From the NCBI GenBank assembly GCA_002378195.1, contig DFRJ01000002.1:22911-86910 (forward strand): a DNA stretch of 64,000 nt, written 5' to 3'. The DNA is from Patescibacteria group bacterium UBA3466 (GTDB lineage Bacteria > Patescibacteriota > Minisyncoccia > Phycocordibacterales > UBA918). Position numbers and translations under genes: made by a program. The notes beneath the pieces are model-generated. The model was given only the letters and a program-made list of their open reading frames with translations, was not told the origin of the DNA and did not search any database. This document shows, one piece after another, positions 28,016 through 36,234 of the stretch; position 1 is the first letter of the stretch, and every line of letters starts with the position of its first letter.

Positions 28016-28843
28016 ATGGCGAAAAGAAAGAAAGAATTAATTTTGCTAAAAATTGGTGGTAGTGTGATCACATATAAAAATTCCGCCAAAATCAAGGTGA
28101 GAAGAAAAGTGTTACAGCAAATCGCTAAAGAATTAAGTCATGTATTAAAAAATGACAGTAGTAAGCGAGTGGTTTTGGTGCACGGGGCTGGATCGGCCGG
28201 CCATGTGTTGGCCAGAAAATATGACCTCAAAAAGGGCGTGAATGGTGATAAGCAAAAACTTAAAGCCGCCCTAAAAATAAGAGAGAATAATCAAAAGCTG
28301 AATGCGATTATTATAAAAATTCTCACCAATGCTGGACTGCCGGTGGTGCCTCTGCACACCGGTTCGGTGATCGCTCAGTCGGGTGGTGAAATCGAGGATG
28401 TGAACTACGACATGGTAGACATGGCGCTCAAAGAAGGGTGTGTTCCAGTGATGTATGGAGAGATGGCTTTTGATTCCAAGCTTGGACTGTCGGTGTGTTC
28501 TGGTGATGAAATTGTATCGCAGTTAGCTGATTATTTGCGAGTAAGTAAAATCATTTATGCTTCAGACATAGATGGTATATATGACCTTGATCCGTATAAG
28601 CACAGGCACGCGAAATTGCTGCAAAAGATTTCATTACCTGACTTGGTTTCCGGTAATCTGGTTGACTTAGGCGAGTCGCACAGTATTGATGTGACTGGTG
28701 GATTGTTTAATAAAATTAGATTACTTGATGAACGTTTTTCATCAAATATTTTAAAGCAGGTGGTGGTGATGAATGGTTTGAAGAAAGGAAATTTTAAAAA
28801 GAGTCTACAGGAAGATTCGGTTGGTACCTTAATTACTTTATAA
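28016..28843 (+). CDS. Isopentenyl phosphate kinase (amino-acid kinase fold, archaeal type)
   Basis: LKIGGSVIT.K, VHGAGS.GH, SGDEI, SDIDGIY..DP, DVTGG...K. Confidence 0.8.
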   Translation: MAKRKKELILLKIGGSVITYKNSAKIKVRRKVLQQIAKELSHVLKNDSSKRVVLVHGAGSAGHVLARKYDLKKGVNGDKQKLKAALKIRENNQKLNAIIIKILTNAGLPVVPLHTGSVIAQSGGEIEDVNYDMVDMALKEGCVPVMYGEMAFDSKLGLSVCSGDEIVSQLADYLRVSKIIYASDIDGIYDLDPYKHRHAKLLQKISLPDLVSGNLVDLGESHSIDVTGGLFNKIRLLDERFSSNILKQVVVMNGLKKGNFKKSLQEDSVGTLITL

Positions 28844-28861
28844 AAGGCCTGCTCGTATGAG

Positions 28862-29308
28862 TCAGGCCTCTTTGTGTTTGTTTGGACAAGTCTCCATAAT
28901 GGTTTTAACTTCAAGCCGAACGAATTCCTCGAGTAGTTCTGTAGGATCAAGCCATCCATGATGTGCGACGTCGGTGTCAAACGGTGTGCTTATGAATTCT
29001 TCTTCGCTCACTGCTCTATAGACGTCGATTAGGGTGATGCATCCAGGGTGAGTGAATGTAAATTCATCCAAAAAAACAATTTTGTGAATGTGACCGCAAA
29101 ACTGTAACCCAATTTCTTCAACCATCAAGCGATCTACTCCATCTCGGGAACTTTCGCCAAGATGAAGAGTTTCCATCGGGAAAGTTTTCATGCCAGCCTG
29201 CTTGCGTATCAATGGCTTGGCGACCAATTCTCTCAAGGTCAGAATTTTGCCCTTGTTGCTAAACAAGAGCAGCGCTACGCCACGTAGCATAGGTAGCTCT
29301 TGTTTCAT
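28862..29308 (-). CDS. Nudix-fold hydrolase (orphan type)
   Basis: GVALLLF...GKIL, P.ET...GES......R...EEIGL, W; SD GGAGG; upstream TTGACA promoter. Confidence 0.7.
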   Translation of the reverse strand: MKQELPMLRGVALLLFSNKGKILTLRELVAKPLIRKQAGMKTFPMETLHLGESSRDGVDRLMVEEIGLQFCGHIHKIVFLDEFTFTHPGCITLIDVYRAVSEEEFISTPFDTDVAHHGWLDPTELLEEFVRLEVKTIMETCPNKHKEA

Positions 29309-29438
29309 TTTTAAACCTCCGTGTACAAACTGTGGCACAAGTTATCTTGTCTACTAAGCGTTGTCAATTTTACTTACAAACAGATTGCAGATTATTTGGA
29401 CCAAAGAAGCAACTAATTTGTTATGATGGTTGAGAAAT

Positions 29439-30515
29439 ATGGAAGGCAAAGTATACAAGTTTCCGTCGGGAGAAAGAGTTGGAAAGAATAAAGAAAACTC
29501 ATTCGAACTAAAGACTGATCGTAAGGCATTGCGAGCAGTTTTGGCATCATTTGGTATTGCGCTCATGCCGATGAAGGACAGTAATGACGCTGAGGCGAGT
29601 GTCCAGTCGGATCCTGAGCCAACACCAAACTTCGTCTCTGTAGAAAACGAACATAACGATACTCTACAAGAACGTTTGGCAAATGAATCAATGGAGGACA
29701 TGTTGGACCGTACCGTTATGAGCAATTTCAGAGAGCAGGGGGTGTCCACGGAAGAGATTGTTGATGAGTTTTCGAAACGGATCCAAGCATATGCGTCAGA
29801 GCGTAATGAGTGGGATATTAGCACCACAAAGAATCGCGCTCTTGAGACTCTCGAAGAGCTGGGCGGTCTCACCAAAATGGAGTACCTGAAAGAAAATATT
29901 AAGTTTGGTGAAAGTATGCCAGCGGATATACAGTCTGCCTTAGTAGATAAGATTGATGGGGTGCCGGCAGCGGAAACCAACTATGACGAAACAAAGGTGA
30001 GTCCAGACGGAGCGTTTGGTGCCCTCCAGACTATGCCAGAGACCTACGAAGCATTTGGCGGCGAAAAAGGAAAAGAGACTTCATGGGTGTCACAAGTAAC
30101 GGTGGCAGGTCGTATTTATACAAAGAAATACGAGGATTTGGCGGCGGGACTCGGTGAAGAAAGGTTGGCTGCTATTGAAAAGCAGTATCCTTCAAGGGAA
30201 TCATATGTAAATGACTTCTGGGTGCCGCTTTTGTTTGGGGCCTATCACGCAGGCGGTAGTCGTTGGAAGGATGGTGTAGAAGGTTACACTGTCAGTTTGC
30301 CGCAGGAAGATTGGGCGGTGGGTAAAGACTTCTTCCCAGCGGTGGCTGATTATAGCTTTGAGAGCAAGGAGGGTAGACTGGCTGAGTTTGGTCCTAAGTC
30401 TCGAGAGTATCCATTTAAGGTTTTGGCCTGGTCATATCTTCTCAATCAAGAAGCCGAAGAAGAATCAACCAGCTACGCTCAGGCAGATATTTCACCGACT
30501 GATAATAAAGGGTAG
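29439..30515 (+). CDS. Lytic transglycosylase (SLT domain) protein
   Basis: AET.Y....S..GA.G..Q.MP.T catalytic motif and AYHAG. Confidence 0.75.
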   Translation: MEGKVYKFPSGERVGKNKENSFELKTDRKALRAVLASFGIALMPMKDSNDAEASVQSDPEPTPNFVSVENEHNDTLQERLANESMEDMLDRTVMSNFREQGVSTEEIVDEFSKRIQAYASERNEWDISTTKNRALETLEELGGLTKMEYLKENIKFGESMPADIQSALVDKIDGVPAAETNYDETKVSPDGAFGALQTMPETYEAFGGEKGKETSWVSQVTVAGRIYTKKYEDLAAGLGEERLAAIEKQYPSRESYVNDFWVPLLFGAYHAGGSRWKDGVEGYTVSLPQEDWAVGKDFFPAVADYSFESKEGRLAEFGPKSREYPFKVLAWSYLLNQEAEEESTSYAQADISPTDNKG

Positions 30516-30517
30516 GG

Positions 30518-30565
30518 GCTAGAAAAAGCCGGCGTCCACTGTCGTGGACGCCGGCTTTTTCTAGC
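30518..30565. terminator. Bidirectional terminator (GCCGGC family)
   Basis: GCTAGAAAAAGCCGGCGTCCAC-TGTC-GTGGACGCCGGCTTTTTCTAGC. Confidence 0.9.
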
Positions 30566-32512
30566 TTAATCTCCCTTCTTCTCCACCAGCTCAAAGTCTA
30601 GCTGTCGTTCGTCTTTGTCGGCGCGCACCAACTTGACTCTAACGGGGTCTCCGAGGTGGTAGACCTTACCGGTTCTCTGGCCTTTGATGCGGTACTTCTT
30701 AGCCTCGTGTTCAAAGTAGTCACCTTTAATACTTGAAAGCTTCACCATGCCGTCAGCTAAGGTGTCTTGCTCTTGGACGTAGATGCCCCAGTCAGCTACG
30801 CCATTGATCACACCGTCGAACTCTTCGCCAACTTTGTTCATCATGTATTCCACCTGCTTGAACTTGATCGAATCTCGCTCAGCTGACACCGCTTCCATTT
30901 CTCGTTCGGAAGATTGGATTGAAATTCGTTCGTAGTTGCTGCTTTGTTTAGGCCCGATTTGCTCACCGTCTAGGTGCTTGCGGAGCATGCGGTGTGCCAT
31001 CAGGTCGGGGTAGCGGCGGATAGGGGAGGTGAAGTGGGTGTAGTACTTAAACGCGAGACCAAAGTGACCGATGTTTTTAGTGGAATAAACAGCCTTAGCC
31101 ATTGATCGGATACTAGCGGTCTTGATGAGGTTTTCCTCGGGCTTACCTTCTACTGCCTTCATCAGTTTATTGATAGAGGTGGCTTGGACGATGCCATTTT
31201 TGGCTTCAAACTCGTAGCCAAGGGCGTGTACAAAAGTAGCCAACTCCTCGATTTTGTCTGGGTTTGGTACGTCGTGAATACGATAAACAAACGCCATATC
31301 TTTATTTTTACTCTTTGACTCATTGTTGATGTAGGTAGCAACCTCACGGTTGGCTAGGAGCATAAAGTCTTCAATCATCATCATTGTCTCAGTGCGGTGT
31401 TTTTTGTAGGCCTTTATCGGAGCGCCACGTTCGTCAAGTTCAAATTTTACCTCCGGCTGTTCAAAAGCGATGGCGCCTTTTTGGTAGCGCTTTTTGCGTA
31501 GCTTACGACTTAGTTCCATCATGGTGGTTAACTCTTCCAGATATTCACCTTCACCTTGGTCGATTATTTCTTGGGCTTCTTGGTAGCTAAAACGCTTGTC
31601 GGAGTGAATGATGGTTTGACCATACCAGCCATTGACCACATCAGCTTCGGGACTAAGTTCAAAGATAGCCGAAAAAGCCAATCGGTCTTCATTGGGTCGC
31701 AGCGAACAGAGATCGTTTGATAATACTTCAGGAAGCATCGGGATAACTCGATCTACTAGATAGACAGAAGTGCCTCTCTCGACTGCTTCTTTATCGAGTG
31801 GTTCACCTTCACGTACATAATGAGATACGTCAGCAATATGAATCCCAACTTCGACGTTCCCGTTTTCAAGAGTTTGAATAGATAACGCGTCGTCAAAGTC
31901 TTTGGCGTCTGCCGGGTCTATGGTCATAGTGGTTACTCCTCGTACGTCCCGCCGCTTCGGATCAGCGATAGCCTTGGCAAATATTTCTTCCTTGCTTTCG
32001 TATAGTTCATGAGCCGCTTGTTGCACTGATTCGGGAAATTCTTTTGAGAAGCCACCAGAGCGGATGATCGCTTGCATTTCTGTTTCGTGGTCACCAGCAT
32101 GACCAAGTGTCTCGATAATTTTAGCTAGCGGATCAAGTTGGGGATTTTTCCAGCTGTCTATTTCCACTACCACCTTCATTTTAAGATCGTTGGCTGTAGC
32201 ATCAGGCAATAGCGGTCGCACGTGGATGCGATGATTGTCTGGTTGAAGATACTTTATGGTTTTACCATTCTCTTCACGTTCCTTAACCTCGCCGATCAGT
32301 TCACGGTGAGCCGGTTTTACCACTCGAACAACTTTGCCCTCCTGACGCTTGCCGGATTGTTTTTTCTTGAGGTCGACTTCAACAATGTCACCATCTAGGG
32401 CAAAATTGAGGTTTTCTCGTTCTATTACAATGTCTTCCTCTAAATTGGGGTGGGCGACAAATCCAGTCCCTTTACCGCGAATCATGATCGCGCCTTCGTG
32501 GGTTTTATTCAT
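30566..32512 (-). CDS. rnr: Ribonuclease R
   Basis: TIDPADAKDFDDALS, HIADVS, RGTSVY, IEDFML.AN, HFTSPIRRYPDL, C-terminal S1 domain. Confidence 0.96.
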   Translation of the reverse strand: MNKTHEGAIMIRGKGTGFVAHPNLEEDIVIERENLNFALDGDIVEVDLKKKQSGKRQEGKVVRVVKPAHRELIGEVKEREENGKTIKYLQPDNHRIHVRPLLPDATANDLKMKVVVEIDSWKNPQLDPLAKIIETLGHAGDHETEMQAIIRSGGFSKEFPESVQQAAHELYESKEEIFAKAIADPKRRDVRGVTTMTIDPADAKDFDDALSIQTLENGNVEVGIHIADVSHYVREGEPLDKEAVERGTSVYLVDRVIPMLPEVLSNDLCSLRPNEDRLAFSAIFELSPEADVVNGWYGQTIIHSDKRFSYQEAQEIIDQGEGEYLEELTTMMELSRKLRKKRYQKGAIAFEQPEVKFELDERGAPIKAYKKHRTETMMMIEDFMLLANREVATYINNESKSKNKDMAFVYRIHDVPNPDKIEELATFVHALGYEFEAKNGIVQATSINKLMKAVEGKPEENLIKTASIRSMAKAVYSTKNIGHFGLAFKYYTHFTSPIRRYPDLMAHRMLRKHLDGEQIGPKQSSNYERISIQSSEREMEAVSAERDSIKFKQVEYMMNKVGEEFDGVINGVADWGIYVQEQDTLADGMVKLSSIKGDYFEHEAKKYRIKGQRTGKVYHLGDPVRVKLVRADKDERQLDFELVEKKGD

Positions 32513-32585
32513 GGTCGCATGGTAGCATTGACGCCCTTATATTTCCATAGTAATTTTCGAGCAGGTGAGAGAAGAGGGGGCAAGT

Positions 32586-32894
32586 ATGGTCATTATCATC
32601 AGAAATGAATCTTTTTTAGGTGACACAGAACCTTTAGAGATGGATATCTATCCTATCTATCAAGAGGATGAAGAGATGGCGGCTGAGTTTGGTTTTGCGT
32701 ACATGCAGACAGAAGGGATTGGCTTTTGTTCAGCTGATGATGTGGGGTTAAGTGCAGAAGAGATAGTGAGTAGGATTGAGCACTATCTTGCTGATGAAGG
32801 TGTTGAGTTTTTGTTTGTACCGGCAAAGTACTTCGAACCAGTATTCAAGCCAGTTCTTGATAGTCGAGGGATTTACTATTCACTGAGTGATTAA
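32586..32894 (+). CDS. Small acidic orphan protein
   Basis: 102-aa ORF preceded by GAGGGG. Confidence 0.55.
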   Translation: MVIIIRNESFLGDTEPLEMDIYPIYQEDEEMAAEFGFAYMQTEGIGFCSADDVGLSAEEIVSRIEHYLADEGVEFLFVPAKYFEPVFKPVLDSRGIYYSLSD

Positions 32895-32911
32895 ACCTTG
32901 ATACAATATGT

Positions 32912-33039
32912 TTCTCCCAGGTTACCGCTTGGGTAGAGGTGTGCTCTTGTCGTAGAGCAAGCCGTATCACCGACTCATTACCGTATTGAGTCACCCCGCC
33001 CCGATGTCGCATGGTCACATGAAGACAAAGGGGCTTTTT
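32912..33039 (+). ncRNA. Candidate small RNA with repeated hairpin loops
   Basis: TTCACT-17-TACAAT promoter, three hairpins, GCCCC...GGGGC-TTTTT terminator-like end. Confidence 0.55.
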
Positions 33040-33054
33040 ATATACATCTCCTAT

Positions 33055-33171
33055 TGACGTTCCTATTTAATCTGCTATGCTAGCGCCACTTACAAATGAA
33101 GGAGCGAGAGACGTAAATGGATTGCATTTATGTCAGAGCGAGTGAAATTTGTATAAATTCTATATATTTAT
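33055..33171 (+). promoter_or_regulatory. rpsP promoter and structured leader
   Basis: TTGACG-17-TATGCT; hairpin GACGTAAATG/CATTTATGTC flanked by GAGCGAG direct repeats, inside a TACAAAT/ATTTGTA stem. Confidence 0.6.
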
Positions 33172-33753
33172 ATGTTAATGATGAGATTACAAAGAGTTGG
33201 CCGACGAAACGATCCTTCGTATCGTATTGTTGTGACTGACAAGCGAACTGGCGTGAAAAGCGACAAGCATATTGATCGTATCGGTTCATACAATCCAAAG
33301 ATGGATCATATCCAATTGGATACAGAAAAGGCCAAAGAGTGGTTGGCAAAGGGGGTACAACCTTCAGAAACAATGCACAATCTACTGGTAAGCCAAAAGG
33401 TGATTGAAGGTAAGAAGATTAACGTTCTACCGAAGAAGTCTCCTATTATTGATGAAGAAGCCGAAAAATTAAAGCAGGAGAAGGCAGAAGAAGAAGCAGT
33501 CGCCAAGGCAGAAGCAGAAAAAGCTGAAGCAGAAGCTGCAGAATCAAACGAGGAAACTCCTGCTGAAGAAGCTGTGGCAGAGGACGCTCCAGCCGAAGAG
33601 GCACCAGCCGCAGAGGCGGAAAAGGAAGTAGAAGTAGTAGCTGACGAAGATGATCCTGCGGATCACTCAGAAACAGCAGAAGAAAATCCAGAAGATATTG
33701 AAAAAGAGAAGGCGACTGAAGCACAAGCTCAAGCCGACGCTGAGGCTGACTAA
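33172..33753 (+). CDS. rpsP: 30S ribosomal protein bS16 with a long acidic C-terminal extension
   Basis: RLQRVGR...P.YRIVV.D.R...IG.YNP...WL..G.QPSET. Confidence 0.96.
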   Translation: MLMMRLQRVGRRNDPSYRIVVTDKRTGVKSDKHIDRIGSYNPKMDHIQLDTEKAKEWLAKGVQPSETMHNLLVSQKVIEGKKINVLPKKSPIIDEEAEKLKQEKAEEEAVAKAEAEKAEAEAAESNEETPAEEAVAEDAPAEEAPAAEAEKEVEVVADEDDPADHSETAEENPEDIEKEKATEAQAQADAEAD

Positions 33754-33774
33754 TCTCTCATTTAACACTATCTA

Positions 33775-33804
33775 AAAAACAACTCGCTCATGCGGGTTGT
33801 TTTT
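33775..33804. terminator. Intrinsic terminator
   Basis: AAAAACAACTCGC-TCAT-GCGGGTTGTTTTT. Confidence 0.8.
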
Positions 33805-33901
33805 GCACCTGAGTGCGTTGACGTGGTCATAACACTTTCGTATTCTTATAAGAGCATCGCACTATACAAGGCGATTGCTTAACAGTTAGCCTAATTGATG
33901 T

Positions 33902-34255
33902 ATGGATACCTACGAAGATAAGCAGTTTCTCGAGAATCTAGTTAAAGCACTCGTTGACAACCCAGAAGCAGTACAGATCAATCGAACCGTTGATGAAATG
34001 GGAGTACTTTTGACTCTTGATGTACACGCTGATGACATGGGTAAGATTATTGGCCGATCAGGCAATACCGCGAAAGCAATCCGCACCTTATTACGTGTAG
34101 TGGGAATGAAGAACGACGCTCGAGTAAATCTCAAGATCAATGAACCAGAAGGTGGAAAGGGAATGGATCGAGAGATGTCTGACGCGATGGCTGAGGATAA
34201 TCCTTCTGCCGAACCAAAAAGCTTGGATGAAGCGATAGATGATCTGAAGATTTAG
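33902..34255 (+). CDS. khpA: KH-domain RNA-binding protein KhpA
   Basis: LVDNP..V, DMGKIIGRSG.TAKAIRTLL; located between rpsP and trmD. Confidence 0.9.
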   Translation: MDTYEDKQFLENLVKALVDNPEAVQINRTVDEMGVLLTLDVHADDMGKIIGRSGNTAKAIRTLLRVVGMKNDARVNLKINEPEGGKGMDREMSDAMAEDNPSAEPKSLDEAIDDLKI

Positions 34256-34262
34256 TCGCGCA

Positions 34263-34397
34263 TATCACTCATGAGTGACCAGAAAATTCTCAGCAGAATT
34301 TTCTTACGGCTTCGGCCACAACTTTGAAAAAATCATGACTTTTGTCATGATTTTTTCAAAGACTGGCTTGTGGCCTACAGATGTTCACTCATGGATA
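34263..34397. repeat. Multi-palindromic intergenic element
   Basis: CATGAGTGA/TCACTCATG outer stem; AGAAAATTCT/AGAATTTTCT; 18-bp CTTTGAAAAAATCATGAC/GTCATGATTTTTTCAAAG inside GGCCACAA/TTGTGGCC. Confidence 0.75.
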
Positions 34398-34435
34398 GTA
34401 TTCTTTCTCTAGTTTATCTGTGCTAGGCTGGTTTT

Positions 34436-35116
34436 ATGAATTTTCACGTCATCACAATTTTTCCCGAAATCTGCCAAGCGTACACCGACGCGAGTATATT
34501 AGGGCGTGCCCAAAAAACCGAGAAGGGGAAAGGAGCTAAGGTGAAAGGGAAGAAGATCGCGGTTGATTACTACAATCCACGTGACTTTGTAAATGACAAA
34601 CACAAGAAAGTCGATGATAAGCCTTATGGAGGTGGCCCAGGTATGGTTATGAAAGTTGAGCCAATCATTAAAGCTTGGCAAAAAGCCGTCGGTCGTAAAA
34701 AGGATCAAAAGAAAGTTAAGACGCTCATTATGTCACCGCAGGGTAAAGTGTTTAGTAATAAGCTGGCGAGAGAGTATGCTAAAAAGTACGATCATTTAGT
34801 ATTAATTAGCGGTCGCTACGAGGGTATCGATAGTCGAGTAAAAAAAGCTTTGAAAGCCGAAGAGGTGAGTGTGGGCGACTACGTGCTAACTGGAGGAGAG
34901 TTACCTGCCTTATCGATAGTTGATTCAGTAGCACGCCAAGTCCCGGGAGTGTTGGGGGAATTTGAGTCGCTTGAAGATGAGCGTGATACTAACGGTGAGA
35001 TGTATACTAGACCAGAAGTAATTGAATACAAAAAGAAGCGATATAAAGTACCGCCGGTGTTTATGTCTGGTAATCACGCTGAAATAAATAAGCGGAGGGC
35101 GCGTACCAAAAAATAA
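34436..35116 (+). CDS. trmD: tRNA (guanine37-N1)-methyltransferase
   Basis: ITIFPE, VDDKPYGGGPGMVM, SPQG, GRYEGID.R, SVGDYVLTGGELPA, YTRP. Confidence 0.97.
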   Translation: MNFHVITIFPEICQAYTDASILGRAQKTEKGKGAKVKGKKIAVDYYNPRDFVNDKHKKVDDKPYGGGPGMVMKVEPIIKAWQKAVGRKKDQKKVKTLIMSPQGKVFSNKLAREYAKKYDHLVLISGRYEGIDSRVKKALKAEEVSVGDYVLTGGELPALSIVDSVARQVPGVLGEFESLEDERDTNGEMYTRPEVIEYKKKRYKVPPVFMSGNHAEINKRRARTKK

Positions 35117-35146
35117 TTAGTTAAATTAAGTACATAAGGATAAATT

Positions 35147-35857
35147 ATGAAAATACTCATTGGAATTATAGTCGTAGTAGCCGCGATTTTTGCGTTTATG
35201 CAAATTGGTGGTTCGAACGAAAAGGCTGTGGATGATACTGCTGCTCCTGAAACTGCAGAGGCAGTAATGACAGATGATTTGGCCAAAGTCGATGATGACA
35301 ATGAGGTTAGTGAAGTAGAGACAGGTGTTTATGAAATTGACACCACGAGTAGTGTGGTGAATTGGGCGGGGCAGAAGCCTCTAATCGAGGGGTATGTAAA
35401 TACTGGGTCTATCGCTCTTAAGAGCGGTTCTGTTGAAATAACCGAAGAATCCTTAAGTGGTGAACTGGTGATCGACATGACCACTTTGTCAGTGTCAGAA
35501 ACTCCAACTAAGCCAGGTTCAGAAAATGCTCTAGAAAGCCACCTAAAGGGTGAACGCTGGTTTGATGTGGAGACTTACGGAGAAGCCACTTTCGTTATTA
35601 CTGACGCTACGCTTCAATCTGCCGGCACTTATGAAGTTACTGGTGACCTGACTATGAAAGGAGAGACCAATCCTGTTACTTTTCCAGTACAGGTAGTCGA
35701 AGGTGAGAATGGGCAAGTGGTGGCAGAAGCTGATTTTGAGATCGATCGAACTAAGTGGGGCATCACTGCTGGTTCTGGTTCGTTCTTTGATAACCTGGCC
35801 GATAATGTGGTCGATGACATGGTAGCGATGTCATTTAGTCTTGTGGCTAATAGGTAG
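35147..35857 (+). CDS. YceI-family (polyisoprenoid-binding) secreted protein
   Basis: ID...S.V.W.G.K, HLK...WFDV..Y..A.F, G.LT.KG.T, IDRT.WGI. Confidence 0.88.
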   Translation: MKILIGIIVVVAAIFAFMQIGGSNEKAVDDTAAPETAEAVMTDDLAKVDDDNEVSEVETGVYEIDTTSSVVNWAGQKPLIEGYVNTGSIALKSGSVEITEESLSGELVIDMTTLSVSETPTKPGSENALESHLKGERWFDVETYGEATFVITDATLQSAGTYEVTGDLTMKGETNPVTFPVQVVEGENGQVVAEADFEIDRTKWGITAGSGSFFDNLADNVVDDMVAMSFSLVANR

Positions 35858-35870
35858 TTGGTTAGACAAT

Positions 35871-35904
35871 AAAAAGCCGGACATCTTTGATGTCCGGCTT
35901 TTTT
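35871..35904. terminator. Bidirectional terminator (GCCGG family)
   Basis: AAAAAGCCGGACATC-TTT-GATGTCCGGCTTTTT. Confidence 0.88.
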
Positions 35905-35918
35905 GGCTAAAAAAGACC

Positions 35919-36234
35919 TTGCATATATATGACGCTGCTGTATACTACTGGCCACTTACGCATTAGTGCGATCTCGGATGAGTTCTGGTTGGGAGATTAC
36001 TACGCGGGGGTAAATTGGTACCTTTGAGCGTTTTTTGTCGTTGTGGATGTTTCGACACAAAACTCCAAAAGTTACCGCACAATCACATTGTGATGTTTTT
36101 ATTCATCGGGTAAGTAACAACAAGATATAAATAGCGCCTTTGGCGTGATTTTCTTGTTGATTTGCCAATAACAAAGAACTTTCAAATTTGGACGAAGAAA
36201 TTCTCCAAAGGTGGAAGTGCGACAATAATATTTT
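35919..36234 (+). promoter_or_regulatory. rpoBC promoter and structured 5' leader of about 280 nt
   Basis: TTGCAT-16-TATACT followed by nested stems up to the ATG. Confidence 0.6.
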
